Shown: positions 38,387 to 47,541 of the stretch, piece by piece
Position numbering within the stretch: position 1 is the first letter of the stretch
Layout of the letters: the number at the start of each line of letters is the position of its first letter
Origin: Bacteroidia bacterium
Lineage (GTDB): Bacteria > Bacteroidota > Bacteroidia > NS11-12g > UBA9320
Length of the DNA stretch: 47,541 nucleotides
Direction of reading: 5' to 3'
Assembly: GCA_047620825.1 (NCBI GenBank)
Contig: JBLHOC010000003.1
Location: 1-47,541 of the forward strand
Notes under the pieces: generated by a model
Told to the model about the DNA's origin: nothing
Database searches by the model: none
Seen by the model: the letters and a program-made list of their open reading frames with translations, nothing else
Program-made: the position numbers and the translations under genes

Positions 38387-39184
38387 TTAAAGATAAGAGG
38401 CCATTTCGGTTTGTAATTTCTTGGCTTCTAGTCCTGCAACTTCAGCAAAATTCGTCCCAATAGATTTGTAAATAATACCTCGTGATGAATTTACGAGCAA
38501 TCCACAAGAAGCATTAATGCCGTTTTTCGACACTTCGGCTAAACTACCACCTTGGCTGCCTACACCTGGAACCAAGAGAAAATTGTCTGGTACGATGGAT
38601 CGAATTTTCTTTAATCTTTCGGCTTGTGTGGCACCTACCACAAACATCATATTATCAGCATTACCCCATGTTGCCACTGTTCGAATCACTTCTTCGTACA
38701 AAGGGCCAGTCGGCGTGGAAAGGTGTTGAAAATCCTGACTTCCAGCATTTGATGTTAAGCCCAAAACAATCACCACTTTACCATAGGACAGAAATGGTTC
38801 AACCGAATCGCGGCCCATATACGGACTGACAGTAATACTGTCGAAATCCATGTTTTTAAGAAAGGCTTTGGCATACATTTTTCCAGTATTGCCAATGTCG
38901 CCACGCTTAGCGTCAGCTATGGTAAAACAGTTTTTAGGAATTAATGCCAACGTCTTTTCCATGATGGTCCAACCTTCGGCACCATACTGTTCGTAAAACG
39001 CCGTATTGATTTTATAGGCTACGGCGAACTCATGTGTTGCGTCTATGATGGCCTTATTAAATGCCAATATAGATGCTGTCGTTTTTGGAAGGTGACTTGG
39101 AAGTTTTTCGATATCGGTATCAAGGCCGACACACAAATAACTTTTTTTGGTCTGTATTTGCTGGATTAAATCGGAGACAGTCAA
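38387..39184 (-). CDS. pyrF: Orotidine-5'-phosphate decarboxylase
   Basis: LCVGLD, DAKRGDIGNT, VVGAT, LVPGVGSQGG, VNSSR. Confidence 0.98.
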   Translation of the reverse strand: MTVSDLIQQIQTKKSYLCVGLDTDIEKLPSHLPKTTASILAFNKAIIDATHEFAVAYKINTAFYEQYGAEGWTIMEKTLALIPKNCFTIADAKRGDIGNTGKMYAKAFLKNMDFDSITVSPYMGRDSVEPFLSYGKVVIVLGLTSNAGSQDFQHLSTPTGPLYEEVIRTVATWGNADNMMFVVGATQAERLKKIRSIVPDNFLLVPGVGSQGGSLAEVSKNGINASCGLLVNSSRGIIYKSIGTNFAEVAGLEAKKLQTEMASYL

Positions 39185-39219
39185 GAGTAATTATTTCTGC
39201 GAAGATAAGTAACAATGAT

Positions 39220-40053
39220 TTACTGAATGATGCTGCGTTGACTACGAATGCCATCGGTAGAAATAATATTTAGTTGGTAAACTCCTGATAAAAGAAGGCT
39301 CACATCAAGTACAGCACTTGAGCCAACAATAGGTTTGGTTAATACTTGCCTACCGTTAACATCATATAGTTTTAGCGTTCTGCTGGATGCAGTTAGGTTT
39401 GTGATTTTAATTAAATCAGTCGCAGGGTTAGGATAAACCAACATGGTGGTTGATTCTATTCCTTGTACAGATATCACAGGACCAAAAACGTCAATATATA
39501 GTGTAAAAGGTCTTGAATAATTGCCCGATTCGTCGAAAGTAATAAATGTAGCTAAATAAAAACCGGCCACGTTCCATTTGTAATCACTAAATACTGTTAT
39601 TACACTATCTTTTAAATCAGAAGGGGCAGTATAGTTGTCGTAAAATTTTAGATGATCTATTAAATTCTCGTTCTTATCATATTGAAGTTTGATCACGGGT
39701 CGTTCACTAGTAATCGTTGGTGGGGTTGTATCGCCAATAATAACCCAACGAATTTTTAACGCTTCATTTCCAGCTGAGTCAGTAACGGTATACCGGTCTG
39801 TATAAATTCCAAGATGGTAAGGGTTTACATTACTTGATTTAGTGATGGAAATTTTTGAACTGTCAGAATTATTGTCGGTAACTGTTACAATCACAGGGTT
39901 GTATGGATAATTAACTTCATGGTAAACAGTGTCGGCAGTGTTGAGCGTTACAACAGGTGGGATTGTGTCCAGCACTTGCGCTTTTAAAACGCTTGGGCAT
40001 GTTAGAATCAATAAAGCAACAACAGTTTTAATAGCGATTTTCAATTTCGGCAT
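39220..40053 (-). CDS. T9SS type A cargo with DUF5011-like Ig domains
   Basis: Signal peptide ending KA-Q; DTIPPVVTL and DTTPPTIT repeats, YTVTDSAGN; CTD YPNPATD..DVNGR..SGVY. Confidence 0.85.
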   Translation of the reverse strand: MPKLKIAIKTVVALLILTCPSVLKAQVLDTIPPVVTLNTADTVYHEVNYPYNPVIVTVTDNNSDSSKISITKSSNVNPYHLGIYTDRYTVTDSAGNEALKIRWVIIGDTTPPTITSERPVIKLQYDKNENLIDHLKFYDNYTAPSDLKDSVITVFSDYKWNVAGFYLATFITFDESGNYSRPFTLYIDVFGPVISVQGIESTTMLVYPNPATDLIKITNLTASSRTLKLYDVNGRQVLTKPIVGSSAVLDVSLLLSGVYQLNIISTDGIRSQRSIIQ

Positions 40054-40119
40054 GGTTGATTTCGATTTAATTACAAGATACAGCATATCTAAACCATGAT
40101 GGTATCTGAGGTTTTAAAA

Positions 40120-40827
40120 TTACAATCCGAGTACAAAAACCGCCGGTCTTTTGTGCAAGGTTTCTTCTTTTTCAGCCCAATCTTTCAATGGCTTAGTTGT
40201 AATATTTTGCGTTTCAAGTGTTAAGTCAACGGCCACACATAGTTTCGTTTGACCGGGAAACGACTTCTTCAGTTCAGCAATAAACGCAGTATTGCGATAA
40301 GGCGTTTCAATGAAAATCTGCGTTTCGTTGTGGTTTAAATCTGATAAAGCCTGACTTAACTTCTTTTTTTTATGAGACTCGTTATGCGGCAAATAACCAT
40401 GGAACTTAAATGACTGTCCGTTAAACCCAGACGCCATCAAAGCCATCATGATGGAAGAGAAACCAACCAAAGGAACCACTTCGATATTTTTGAAATGCGC
40501 CAGTCGTACTATCTGGTAACCAGGATCTGCGACACAGGGTAGACCTGCGTCAGAGATAAGTCCAACATTTTTGCCGGCTAAGCAAGAATCCAAAAAACCA
40601 GGAAAATCCCTTACATCTTCGTGTTTTCCCATGAAATGAAAAACGAAGTCATTTTGATGTATCGGAGATTGAATGGATTTTAGAAAGGCTCTAGCGGGCT
40701 TTTCATTTTCCACAACAAACTCATCCAGTGTATGAATGATGTCAAGATTGTACTTCGGAAGAAAGTCTTGATTTCCGTTACCTAGGAAGTTCGGAATCAA
40801 ATACAGCTTTCCCTTATTGTCGCTCAT
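40120..40827 (-). CDS. RsmI-like SAM-dependent methyltransferase (tetrapyrrole methylase family)
   Basis: LYLIP, ISDAGLPCVADPG, ASGFNGQSF, FIETPYRN, KRPAVF. Confidence 0.9.
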   Translation of the reverse strand: MSDNKGKLYLIPNFLGNGNQDFLPKYNLDIIHTLDEFVVENEKPARAFLKSIQSPIHQNDFVFHFMGKHEDVRDFPGFLDSCLAGKNVGLISDAGLPCVADPGYQIVRLAHFKNIEVVPLVGFSSIMMALMASGFNGQSFKFHGYLPHNESHKKKKLSQALSDLNHNETQIFIETPYRNTAFIAELKKSFPGQTKLCVAVDLTLETQNITTKPLKDWAEKEETLHKRPAVFVLGL

Positions 40828-40828
40828 G

Positions 40829-42916
40829 TTACCCTAATTCTTCTGCAATCTGTATGGTTTCATACAAGTATATATCCTTTCGTAAAGCGTTGTGCCAGCT
40901 TTTCGCTCTGACTGCCTTTGTGGAATCAGCTTTGAGGACTTTCTTATCGTCTTTTAAGGTTTCAATTTTTAACGCATCAAATGGTTTGAATAGTTTCGCG
41001 TATTCATCTGCGATCACTTTTTTTGCTGCTGTTTCAGCTTGATATGCTGCCAAGTTAAGCGTAAAAATGTGCTTGTCTCTTTGTGCTTTCCACCTAACTG
41101 CGTTTTTGTCTATTTCAATAAAGACAGGGTTTTCTTTAATTCGTTTTGTGCTTGACGAAATAATATCTGTAAAATGAGAAGCACTCGTGCTGTTTACCGT
41201 GTAAGTTGTAGGTTCAATTTTATCCCATTCAAGGCTGTTATCTTGCTCTTTTTCACCAGTTGGAATGTAGGTGTAGTTATCCGGCCAAATGATATCAGGC
41301 GTTACACCTTTTAATTGCGTTGTACTGCCATCTATTCTATAAAACTTTTGAGTTGTGATTTTTAACGCACCCAAGTCAGGATAACCAGTGCCTCTTAATG
41401 TTCTGTTTAGATCAAAAAACTGTTGCACACTTCCTTTTCCATGCGTTGTATGGGAACCTACAATAATACCTCGTCCGTAATCTTGAATGGCTGCCGCTAA
41501 TATTTCGCTTGCAGAAGCACTAAACTCATTGACCATAATAACAACAGGCTTGTCCCATAATATGCCGCCAGCTTCATCTTCCAAAATACGTGGCGGGTAA
41601 TTGCGTGCCTTTACTTGAACAACAGGGCCCTTATCTATAAAGAAACCTACGATCTCTACAACATCTTGAAGAGAACCACCGCCGTTATTTCTTAAATCGA
41701 ATATGAGTGACTTTGCACCATCCTTCATCAATTTTTTTAGTTCTTTTTTAACGTCTTTAGAGCTTGAAGGTCCTCCTTCACCACTAAAGTCAGCATAGAA
41801 GCTTGGTAGGTATAAGTAACCTACTTTTTTATTAGACTCGTCATGCAACATCACAGACTTGGCGTATGTTTCTTCAAGCATAACAATGTCACGGACAATT
41901 GGAATAATCTTAACTGTACCGTCTGGTTTTTTTACTGTAAGGCGCACTTCGGTGCCTTTATCCCCTCGGATTAGTTTAACCGCATCATCAATTCTTGCAT
42001 TGACAATGTCTACAGCTTCACCATCACCTTGAGCTACTTTTAAAATAAGGTCGTTTGCCTTCAGTTCTCCTTGTAATGCAGATGGTGATCCTGGTACAAT
42101 AGAAGTAACACGAATGTATCCGTCTTTTTCTTGTAATTGAGCCCCGATACCTTGAAGCTGACCACTCATTCGAATATCAAAGTTTTCTTTGTCTGCTGGT
42201 GGGAAATACGTTGTATGTGGATCGTATAATGTCGTGATTGCATTCACATATGTCGTTAATCTTTCACGTCGATCTAATTTTTTCAAACGTTCAAACCAAT
42301 CGTTGTGATTCTTTAGTACAGCGGCTCTTGTATCCTTTTCAATCATTTCGAATGATTTGATTTCATCGGTATTGGTAGAATCCGCTTTTTTAGCATTTTC
42401 AATGGATAATGCCGTAGCAACACGTGTCATCACATTGTATTTCAAGTATTTACGCCAGCGCTCTTTCATCTCAGCCTGGTTCGCTGCATAAGGCAAATCC
42501 TCCCCAAACTCAACAGTCTCGTTTTCTGTAAAAACAAAAGGGGTCTCTAAAATACCTCGGTAGTAATCTTGGCATTCTTCAATTCGGTTATTTAACAAAA
42601 CAAGGCTGTTATCAAAAAAGACATAACTACCTGCAATCGTTTGGTCGTCAATTTTTAATCGGTCAACTTCAAGTTGTTTTATATCAGAAGCGAGCAAAAA
42701 CCGTTTGTTGCCATCAATGAAATCTAGGTATTTATCGAAAGCCTTTTCACTTAACGCATCGTTCATTTCAAGTGGTGCGAAATGCATGTAATCCAGATTT
42801 TCCTTAATTACTTTAAGTAACACCTCTTCTCCAGTGTCATTTTGTTTAAGGAGGAAGCCCCAGCTTATTAAAGCAATGGGTACAATCACCATAGATATTT
42901 TTAAAAACTTTCTCAT
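40829..42916 (-). CDS. prc: Carboxy-terminal processing peptidase (S41A, Prc/Tsp-like)
   Basis: DPHTTY, PDZ GIGAQL, DLRNNGGGSL, SASASEI, GKGSVQ, QLKGVTPDI. Confidence 0.93.
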   Translation of the reverse strand: MRKFLKISMVIVPIALISWGFLLKQNDTGEEVLLKVIKENLDYMHFAPLEMNDALSEKAFDKYLDFIDGNKRFLLASDIKQLEVDRLKIDDQTIAGSYVFFDNSLVLLNNRIEECQDYYRGILETPFVFTENETVEFGEDLPYAANQAEMKERWRKYLKYNVMTRVATALSIENAKKADSTNTDEIKSFEMIEKDTRAAVLKNHNDWFERLKKLDRRERLTTYVNAITTLYDPHTTYFPPADKENFDIRMSGQLQGIGAQLQEKDGYIRVTSIVPGSPSALQGELKANDLILKVAQGDGEAVDIVNARIDDAVKLIRGDKGTEVRLTVKKPDGTVKIIPIVRDIVMLEETYAKSVMLHDESNKKVGYLYLPSFYADFSGEGGPSSSKDVKKELKKLMKDGAKSLIFDLRNNGGGSLQDVVEIVGFFIDKGPVVQVKARNYPPRILEDEAGGILWDKPVVIMVNEFSASASEILAAAIQDYGRGIIVGSHTTHGKGSVQQFFDLNRTLRGTGYPDLGALKITTQKFYRIDGSTTQLKGVTPDIIWPDNYTYIPTGEKEQDNSLEWDKIEPTTYTVNSTSASHFTDIISSSTKRIKENPVFIEIDKNAVRWKAQRDKHIFTLNLAAYQAETAAKKVIADEYAKLFKPFDALKIETLKDDKKVLKADSTKAVRAKSWHNALRKDIYLYETIQIAEELG

Positions 42917-43135
42917 TTCCAATACTTTTTTGTGGTAGCTGGTTGTTACAGCAAATCAAGCAAAATTTATGCTAAACTAAAACGAGTCATTTGAATGACT
43001 GCAGAATAAACGTAAGGTAAGGCGAAAACGTGTGCAATATGAAGCTTTTTCGATGTTTTGGGATATTTGAACGATAAAGTTAAGGGGCTCTTTTAAAAGT
43101 ATTTTATTTGTAATTCAATAGTTAAGAAACAGAAG

Positions 43136-45169
43136 ATGAGAAATCTAAAAATTATCGGTATCGCTGCCGTCTTGTTATTAATACTTCAAAGTGTAAGTAA
43201 AGAAAAGCCAACTGGACCAGTGAACCCTGTCGCTTTTGATTTAGGTAATATCAATTCGTCTGCACAACCCTGTGATAACTTTTACTCCTATGCCATCGGA
43301 AATTGGCAGAAACTCAATCCCATTCCCTCAACGGAAGGTCGGTGGATGAGTTTTAATGTCTTAGCAGAAGAAAATCGTGCTAAAATACAAGGCATACTGG
43401 ACAAAGCACTGTTAACTAAAAGCACGCCAAAAGGCAGTGATTTGCAACTGATTAAGGACTTTTATAAATCTGCATTGGACTCTACCAAAAGAAATGAAGG
43501 GTCGTTTGAGGCCTTACAGCCATTGTTGCAGTCCATAGAAGGCATAGGGGATTTACTTGCACTGAACCGAACTTTTGCAAGTCTGCGCAGGTCCAGAGTC
43601 ACTACACCAATTTCACTTCATGTGGGTGTTGACGATGAAAATAGCAATGAGCATATAGTAAGTGCAACTCAGTCGGGCTTAACCTTAGGAGATAAATCTT
43701 ATTACTTAAAAGGAGAAGAAAAATTCGAAGATATACGTGAAAAGTATGTGCGGCACATTCAAGAAATATTTATGTTGGCGGGGGTAGAAGCCGAGAACCC
43801 AGGGCAACGGATATTAGCATTGGAGACCAAGTTGGCGCAAATAAGCTGGGATAGAAAAGATTTAAGAGATGCTGATAAAACATACAATCGAATGCCAGTT
43901 GCGGAATTTGATGATAAGTTACAACACATTGAAATTCAGCAAATACTTGAAGAAATGCAATTGGGTCAAGTAGACGAAATCGTGGTTCGAACTGTAAGTT
44001 ATTATACGGAACTGGATCGATTGATGAATGAAATCTCTTTAGCCGATTGGAAATTGTATTTAAAGTGGCATGTGTTCTCGAGTTTTTCGGCGCACATGAA
44101 TGATGAATTTGAGCAAAAGAGTTTTGAATTTTTTAGTGTCGAAATACAAGGTGTAAAAGAAATGCGTTCGAGAAAAGAACGTGTTTTGAGAACCATCAAT
44201 GGGAATTTATCTGAGCCACTAGGTAAGCTGTTCGTGGAACAGTATTTTCCTAAAGAATCAAAAGTATACATGAGTGAGTTGATTGAAAACCTGAGAGATG
44301 CTTACAAAGAAAGTATCACAGAGTTAACTTGGATGGGTGATGAGACTAAAGAAAAAGCGCATAAAAAATTGGCTTCATTTACATACAAGATTGGCTATCC
44401 AGATGAATGGAAAGATTATTCTAAACTTGATATTTTACCAGATGAATATCTTCAAAACATAATTAACCTGGCCAATTTTAAATACGACAAGATGATTGCC
44501 AAGTTAGGCGAGCCTGTCGATAAAAAAGAGTGGCACATGTCACCTCAAATGGTAAACGCTTATTATAACCGTAGTGGAAACGAAATCGTTTTTCCTGCTG
44601 GGATTTTACAGCCTCCTTTCTTCCACCCGACTTTTGATGATGCCATTAATTATGGTGGAATTGGTGCCGTAATTGGACATGAATTCACTCATGGTTTCGA
44701 CGATCAAGGTGCCAAATACGATTGGGACGGAAATAAAAATGACTGGTGGACAGAAGAGGATAAAGCAAGGTTCAAAGTATTAACGCAAAAATTAGCAGAG
44801 CAATACAGCAGTTATGAAGTATTACCCGGTGAATTTGTCAATGGACAACTGACTTTGGGGGAAAACATCGCAGATTTGGGAGGTTTAACATTGGCCTATA
44901 TGGCTTGTGAAAAGGTGATGAAAACTAAAAAAGATCCTAAGATTGATGGGTTTACTTGGCAACAAAGATTTTTCTTAGGTTGGGCAAATGTGTGGAAAGG
45001 AAACATTACTGACGAAGCACTAAGAAATAGAATATTAACGGACCCTCATTCTCCTGGAGAACAACGCGTAATTGGACCGTTAATTAACCTTCCACAGTTT
45101 GAAGAAGCGTTTAATTGTAAAGGGAGTTCAATGTCAAAGCCCGATGTCGAACGGATAAAAATTTGGTAA
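43136..45169 (+). CDS. M13 family metallopeptidase (PepO/neprilysin-like)
   Basis: PCDNFY, VNAYY, FPAGILQPPFF, HEFTH, GENIADLGG, DPHSP. Confidence 0.97.
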   Translation: MRNLKIIGIAAVLLLILQSVSKEKPTGPVNPVAFDLGNINSSAQPCDNFYSYAIGNWQKLNPIPSTEGRWMSFNVLAEENRAKIQGILDKALLTKSTPKGSDLQLIKDFYKSALDSTKRNEGSFEALQPLLQSIEGIGDLLALNRTFASLRRSRVTTPISLHVGVDDENSNEHIVSATQSGLTLGDKSYYLKGEEKFEDIREKYVRHIQEIFMLAGVEAENPGQRILALETKLAQISWDRKDLRDADKTYNRMPVAEFDDKLQHIEIQQILEEMQLGQVDEIVVRTVSYYTELDRLMNEISLADWKLYLKWHVFSSFSAHMNDEFEQKSFEFFSVEIQGVKEMRSRKERVLRTINGNLSEPLGKLFVEQYFPKESKVYMSELIENLRDAYKESITELTWMGDETKEKAHKKLASFTYKIGYPDEWKDYSKLDILPDEYLQNIINLANFKYDKMIAKLGEPVDKKEWHMSPQMVNAYYNRSGNEIVFPAGILQPPFFHPTFDDAINYGGIGAVIGHEFTHGFDDQGAKYDWDGNKNDWWTEEDKARFKVLTQKLAEQYSSYEVLPGEFVNGQLTLGENIADLGGLTLAYMACEKVMKTKKDPKIDGFTWQQRFFLGWANVWKGNITDEALRNRILTDPHSPGEQRVIGPLINLPQFEEAFNCKGSSMSKPDVERIKIW

Positions 45170-45237
45170 GTCACTAAAGTATGTGTAAAATGCTGCTGTG
45201 ACTGCAAGTATTACGCGTCTAACCAGAAAGATAAACC

Positions 45238-45939
45238 ATGGATAAATTACATAGTTCACAGTACAGACTAAGAAAGATTGTTGGAATTTTGGGAATTGCT
45301 TTGCCAATACTCTTGTTGCTGAATCATGACTATTTGCTTTCGTCAATGAGTCACTATTACTATACATCGTCTAGTATATTTTTTATTGGGATTTTAGTCT
45401 CTTTTGGTTTGATTTTATTTACGTATCAAGGGTATCCTTTAGATGAAACGAAAAGGGAATTCTTAAGTGACGAAACCACTACAACCCTTGCTGCTATTTT
45501 CATTTTTATCGCTGTTCTTATTCCAACCGAGTGGGATGGTGCAATGGGTGACATTCATTTTGAAGACAATGCAAATTATCTGTTTGGACATGATAATGGC
45601 ATCAAAGGGGCCGTCCATTTAATAAGCGCAGGCTTGTTCTTAAGCTTATTAGGTTATATGTGTTTTGCTAAATTCACTTTAAGCCAAAATGATCCTCCAA
45701 GCAGAAAGTTATTTTATAAAATCAGTGGTGTAGTTATTTGGAGCAGCCTAGGTCTGTTATTGATTCTTTTTGTTATTGATTCAGCCTTACTAGATGGCAA
45801 TTTGAATTGTTATTTCCCGGGTTATACTTTCTGGTTAGAGTCTATCGCGGTCTGGTCGTTTGGTATCTCTTGGCTTATTAAAGGTAAATTTGATAGAGAC
45901 GTAAATGGTTTATTTAAAAAAGAAAGCGGCATAGAATAG
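45238..45939 (+). CDS. Multi-pass membrane protein (DUF998-like)
   Basis: LRKIVGILGIALP, SMSHYYY, VHLISA, FWLE, SWLIKG. Confidence 0.7.
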   Translation: MDKLHSSQYRLRKIVGILGIALPILLLLNHDYLLSSMSHYYYTSSSIFFIGILVSFGLILFTYQGYPLDETKREFLSDETTTTLAAIFIFIAVLIPTEWDGAMGDIHFEDNANYLFGHDNGIKGAVHLISAGLFLSLLGYMCFAKFTLSQNDPPSRKLFYKISGVVIWSSLGLLLILFVIDSALLDGNLNCYFPGYTFWLESIAVWSFGISWLIKGKFDRDVNGLFKKESGIE

Positions 45940-46031
45940 CATCTTGGTTGACATACATTTATCTGGATTTTGTTTCAGTTATACTACGGTAAAATAACTT
46001 CAGTCGTGTTCATATCGCGCCAATTTGCAAT

Positions 46032-46039
46032 TACCTTTG
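46032..46039 (+). promoter_or_regulatory. -7 promoter element TACCTTTG
   Basis: Exact TAnnTTTG, 4 nt before ATG 46044. Confidence 0.6.
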
Positions 46040-46043
46040 CAAT

Positions 46044-47333
46044 ATGATTAGGATTACATTTTTACTACTCTTTGTCTCTCAATTAACATCGGTTTTTGCG
46101 CAAGACACCATTCGGTTCATGCACTATAATTTATTGAATTATAGAAATACAACGAATCAGTGTACAAACAGCACAAATAATCCAGAAACTAAAGAGGGGC
46201 ATTTACAAACCATCGTTAGCCATATAAAACCTGACATTCTAACTGTAAATGAGATGGGCGCACATTGGTTGAATCCCAATAAATTATTGACCAACGCCTT
46301 GAATAAAAATGGTGTTACCCATTACGATCAGGCAGAGTACGCCAACAATAGTTTTAGTGGACTAACCAATATGTTATTTTTCAATTCAGACAAGCTTGAG
46401 ATTCTTAGTCAGGTGGCCCTGTATAAAGACACAAGTGGTCAGGATATGGTTCGTGTGATTGACGTGTATACATTGTTTGTTAAAAACGGAGCGCTTAAAA
46501 CGGGAGATACTACTTTTTTGACTGTTTTTGTGGCACATTTAAAAGCTGGAAGTGGTTCTGACGACAAAGCGAAACGTGCTCAAATGGCTGAAGCAACAAT
46601 GACCTACTTGAAGAACAATCATTTCTCTCATAGTTACTTCTTTGCTGGAGATTTTAACATTCAAACAAATACAGAAGCATGTTACCAAACCATAACAAAG
46701 CATTCGGCAACTACAATAAGATTTTATGACCCGAAAGACGCTCCAGGCAGGTGGAATAATGCGAGTTTATACTCAAATCTACATACGCAAAGTACACATG
46801 ACGGCGATTCTAGAGGAGGGTGTTTCAGTCTTGGCGGTATGGATGATCGATTTGACTTTATTTTATGTGGCAAGGAAGTATTAGACGGGAAGTATGGCGT
46901 AAGTTTTATCTCTGGAACGTATGCGTCTTTTGGTCAAGACAGTCGAAGATTCAATGGGAACATTAAGAACCCTTCAAGTAACATCATTCCTGCTGCGGTT
47001 TCAAATGCATTGTATGAAATGTCGGATCATTTGCCAGTGGTAATGAACGTTGCAGTGAAAGACAACACAGTTAACGTAGATGAAATAGAATCAAACAAAG
47101 CTCAGTTGGTTGTGAATTATGTTGGTGATGAAACCATACAAATATTCTTACCTGCATCTTTTCAATTCGAAGCAGTTTACCTCATTGATAATATGGGTAA
47201 AACTGTGGCTACAATGGGTCAAAACCAATCAAAGCAATGGACAATTACAACCAGTAGTTTGTCAAAAGGGATATACTACATAAAGGCTATGACCACGAAC
47301 GGTACTGCTTTGATGCATAAAGTGAGTTTGTAG
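46044..47333 (+). CDS. Secreted endonuclease/exonuclease/phosphatase (DNase I-like) with T9SS CTD
   Basis: Signal peptide ending FA-Q; YNLLNY, HLKA, GDFN, DRFDFIL, SDHLPV; CTD DNMGK..LSKGIYYIK. Confidence 0.88.
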   Translation: MIRITFLLLFVSQLTSVFAQDTIRFMHYNLLNYRNTTNQCTNSTNNPETKEGHLQTIVSHIKPDILTVNEMGAHWLNPNKLLTNALNKNGVTHYDQAEYANNSFSGLTNMLFFNSDKLEILSQVALYKDTSGQDMVRVIDVYTLFVKNGALKTGDTTFLTVFVAHLKAGSGSDDKAKRAQMAEATMTYLKNNHFSHSYFFAGDFNIQTNTEACYQTITKHSATTIRFYDPKDAPGRWNNASLYSNLHTQSTHDGDSRGGCFSLGGMDDRFDFILCGKEVLDGKYGVSFISGTYASFGQDSRRFNGNIKNPSSNIIPAAVSNALYEMSDHLPVVMNVAVKDNTVNVDEIESNKAQLVVNYVGDETIQIFLPASFQFEAVYLIDNMGKTVATMGQNQSKQWTITTSSLSKGIYYIKAMTTNGTALMHKVSL

Positions 47334-47339
47334 TCCAAA

Positions 47340-47498
47340 ATGAAGGTCACCAAATATATAAGTCTACTAAGTTTGGTGTTGTCCTTCATGCCAGTCTCTG
47401 CACAATATGATTTCTATAACAAACCTAAATTGGGTCTGCTGAGAAAGTCAGATCAACACGCTATTATTAATTGCACTTCTCGTTTCAAAATGTTTTGA
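47340..47498 (+). pseudogene. 5' fragment of a secreted-protein gene, probably truncated by an insertion
   Basis: MKVTKYISLLSLVLSFMPVSA-QYDFYNKPKL is a signal peptide plus mature start; the frame then runs into a TIR-like sequence and stops at 52 aa. Confidence 0.55.
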
Positions 47499-47541
47499 GG
47501 TTCGTATTTCGCTTTTAATAATTTATTTAAGGCTAATATTA
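47432..47541 (-). mobile_element. Probable end of an insertion sequence (IS5-like), cut by the window edge
   Basis: GGGTCTGCTGAGAAAGTC (47432-47449) resembles IS terminal repeats from memory; a minus-strand frame open from the edge stops at 47453-47455, just inside it. Confidence 0.5.

Noticed and set aside
40120-40827. Assigning the symbol rsmI
   Set aside because: Looks like the shorter RsmI-like paralog (ETPYRN motif); orthology cannot be settled by eye
4796-45367. Many 60-130 aa ORFs nested in or antisense to long genes (e.g. 7165-7479, 7484-7867, 11500-11847, 19923-20243, 26640-26990, 30083-30406, 36617-36850)
   Set aside because: They overlap well-supported genes and show no recognisable motifs

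Overview
Chromosomal segment of a free-living, AT-rich member of the Bacteroidota. Evidence: gldA/gldF/gldG gliding genes, four complete plus one partial T9SS type-A cargo genes, TAnnTTTG promoter elements and the mutL-rhomboid-rhomboid-EEP gene order. It is mostly housekeeping and envelope genes (pgk, mutL, tyrS, pyrF, S41 and M13 peptidases, two cyclophilins). I saw no rRNA, tRNA or CRISPR. Main candidates: (1) a three-gene metal-handling operon at 107-1855 headed by a Cys-rich leader protein ending in an RPP ribosome-stalling-type motif; (2) an ECF sigma factor coupled to a probable dual-membrane-spanning anti-sigma factor and a T9SS cargo gene (32183-36638); (3) a possible lipid-catabolic trio of esterase, CREST-like membrane hydrolase and alkylglycerol-monooxygenase-like protein; (4) a T9SS repeat protein heading a contiguous gldA-gldF-gldG operon. 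There are also two broken genes (a doubly frameshifted beta-propeller lipoprotein and a GNAT with an in-frame TAG) and a probable IS end truncating a secreted-protein gene at the right edge. All family calls come from motif recognition by eye; no database searches were run.
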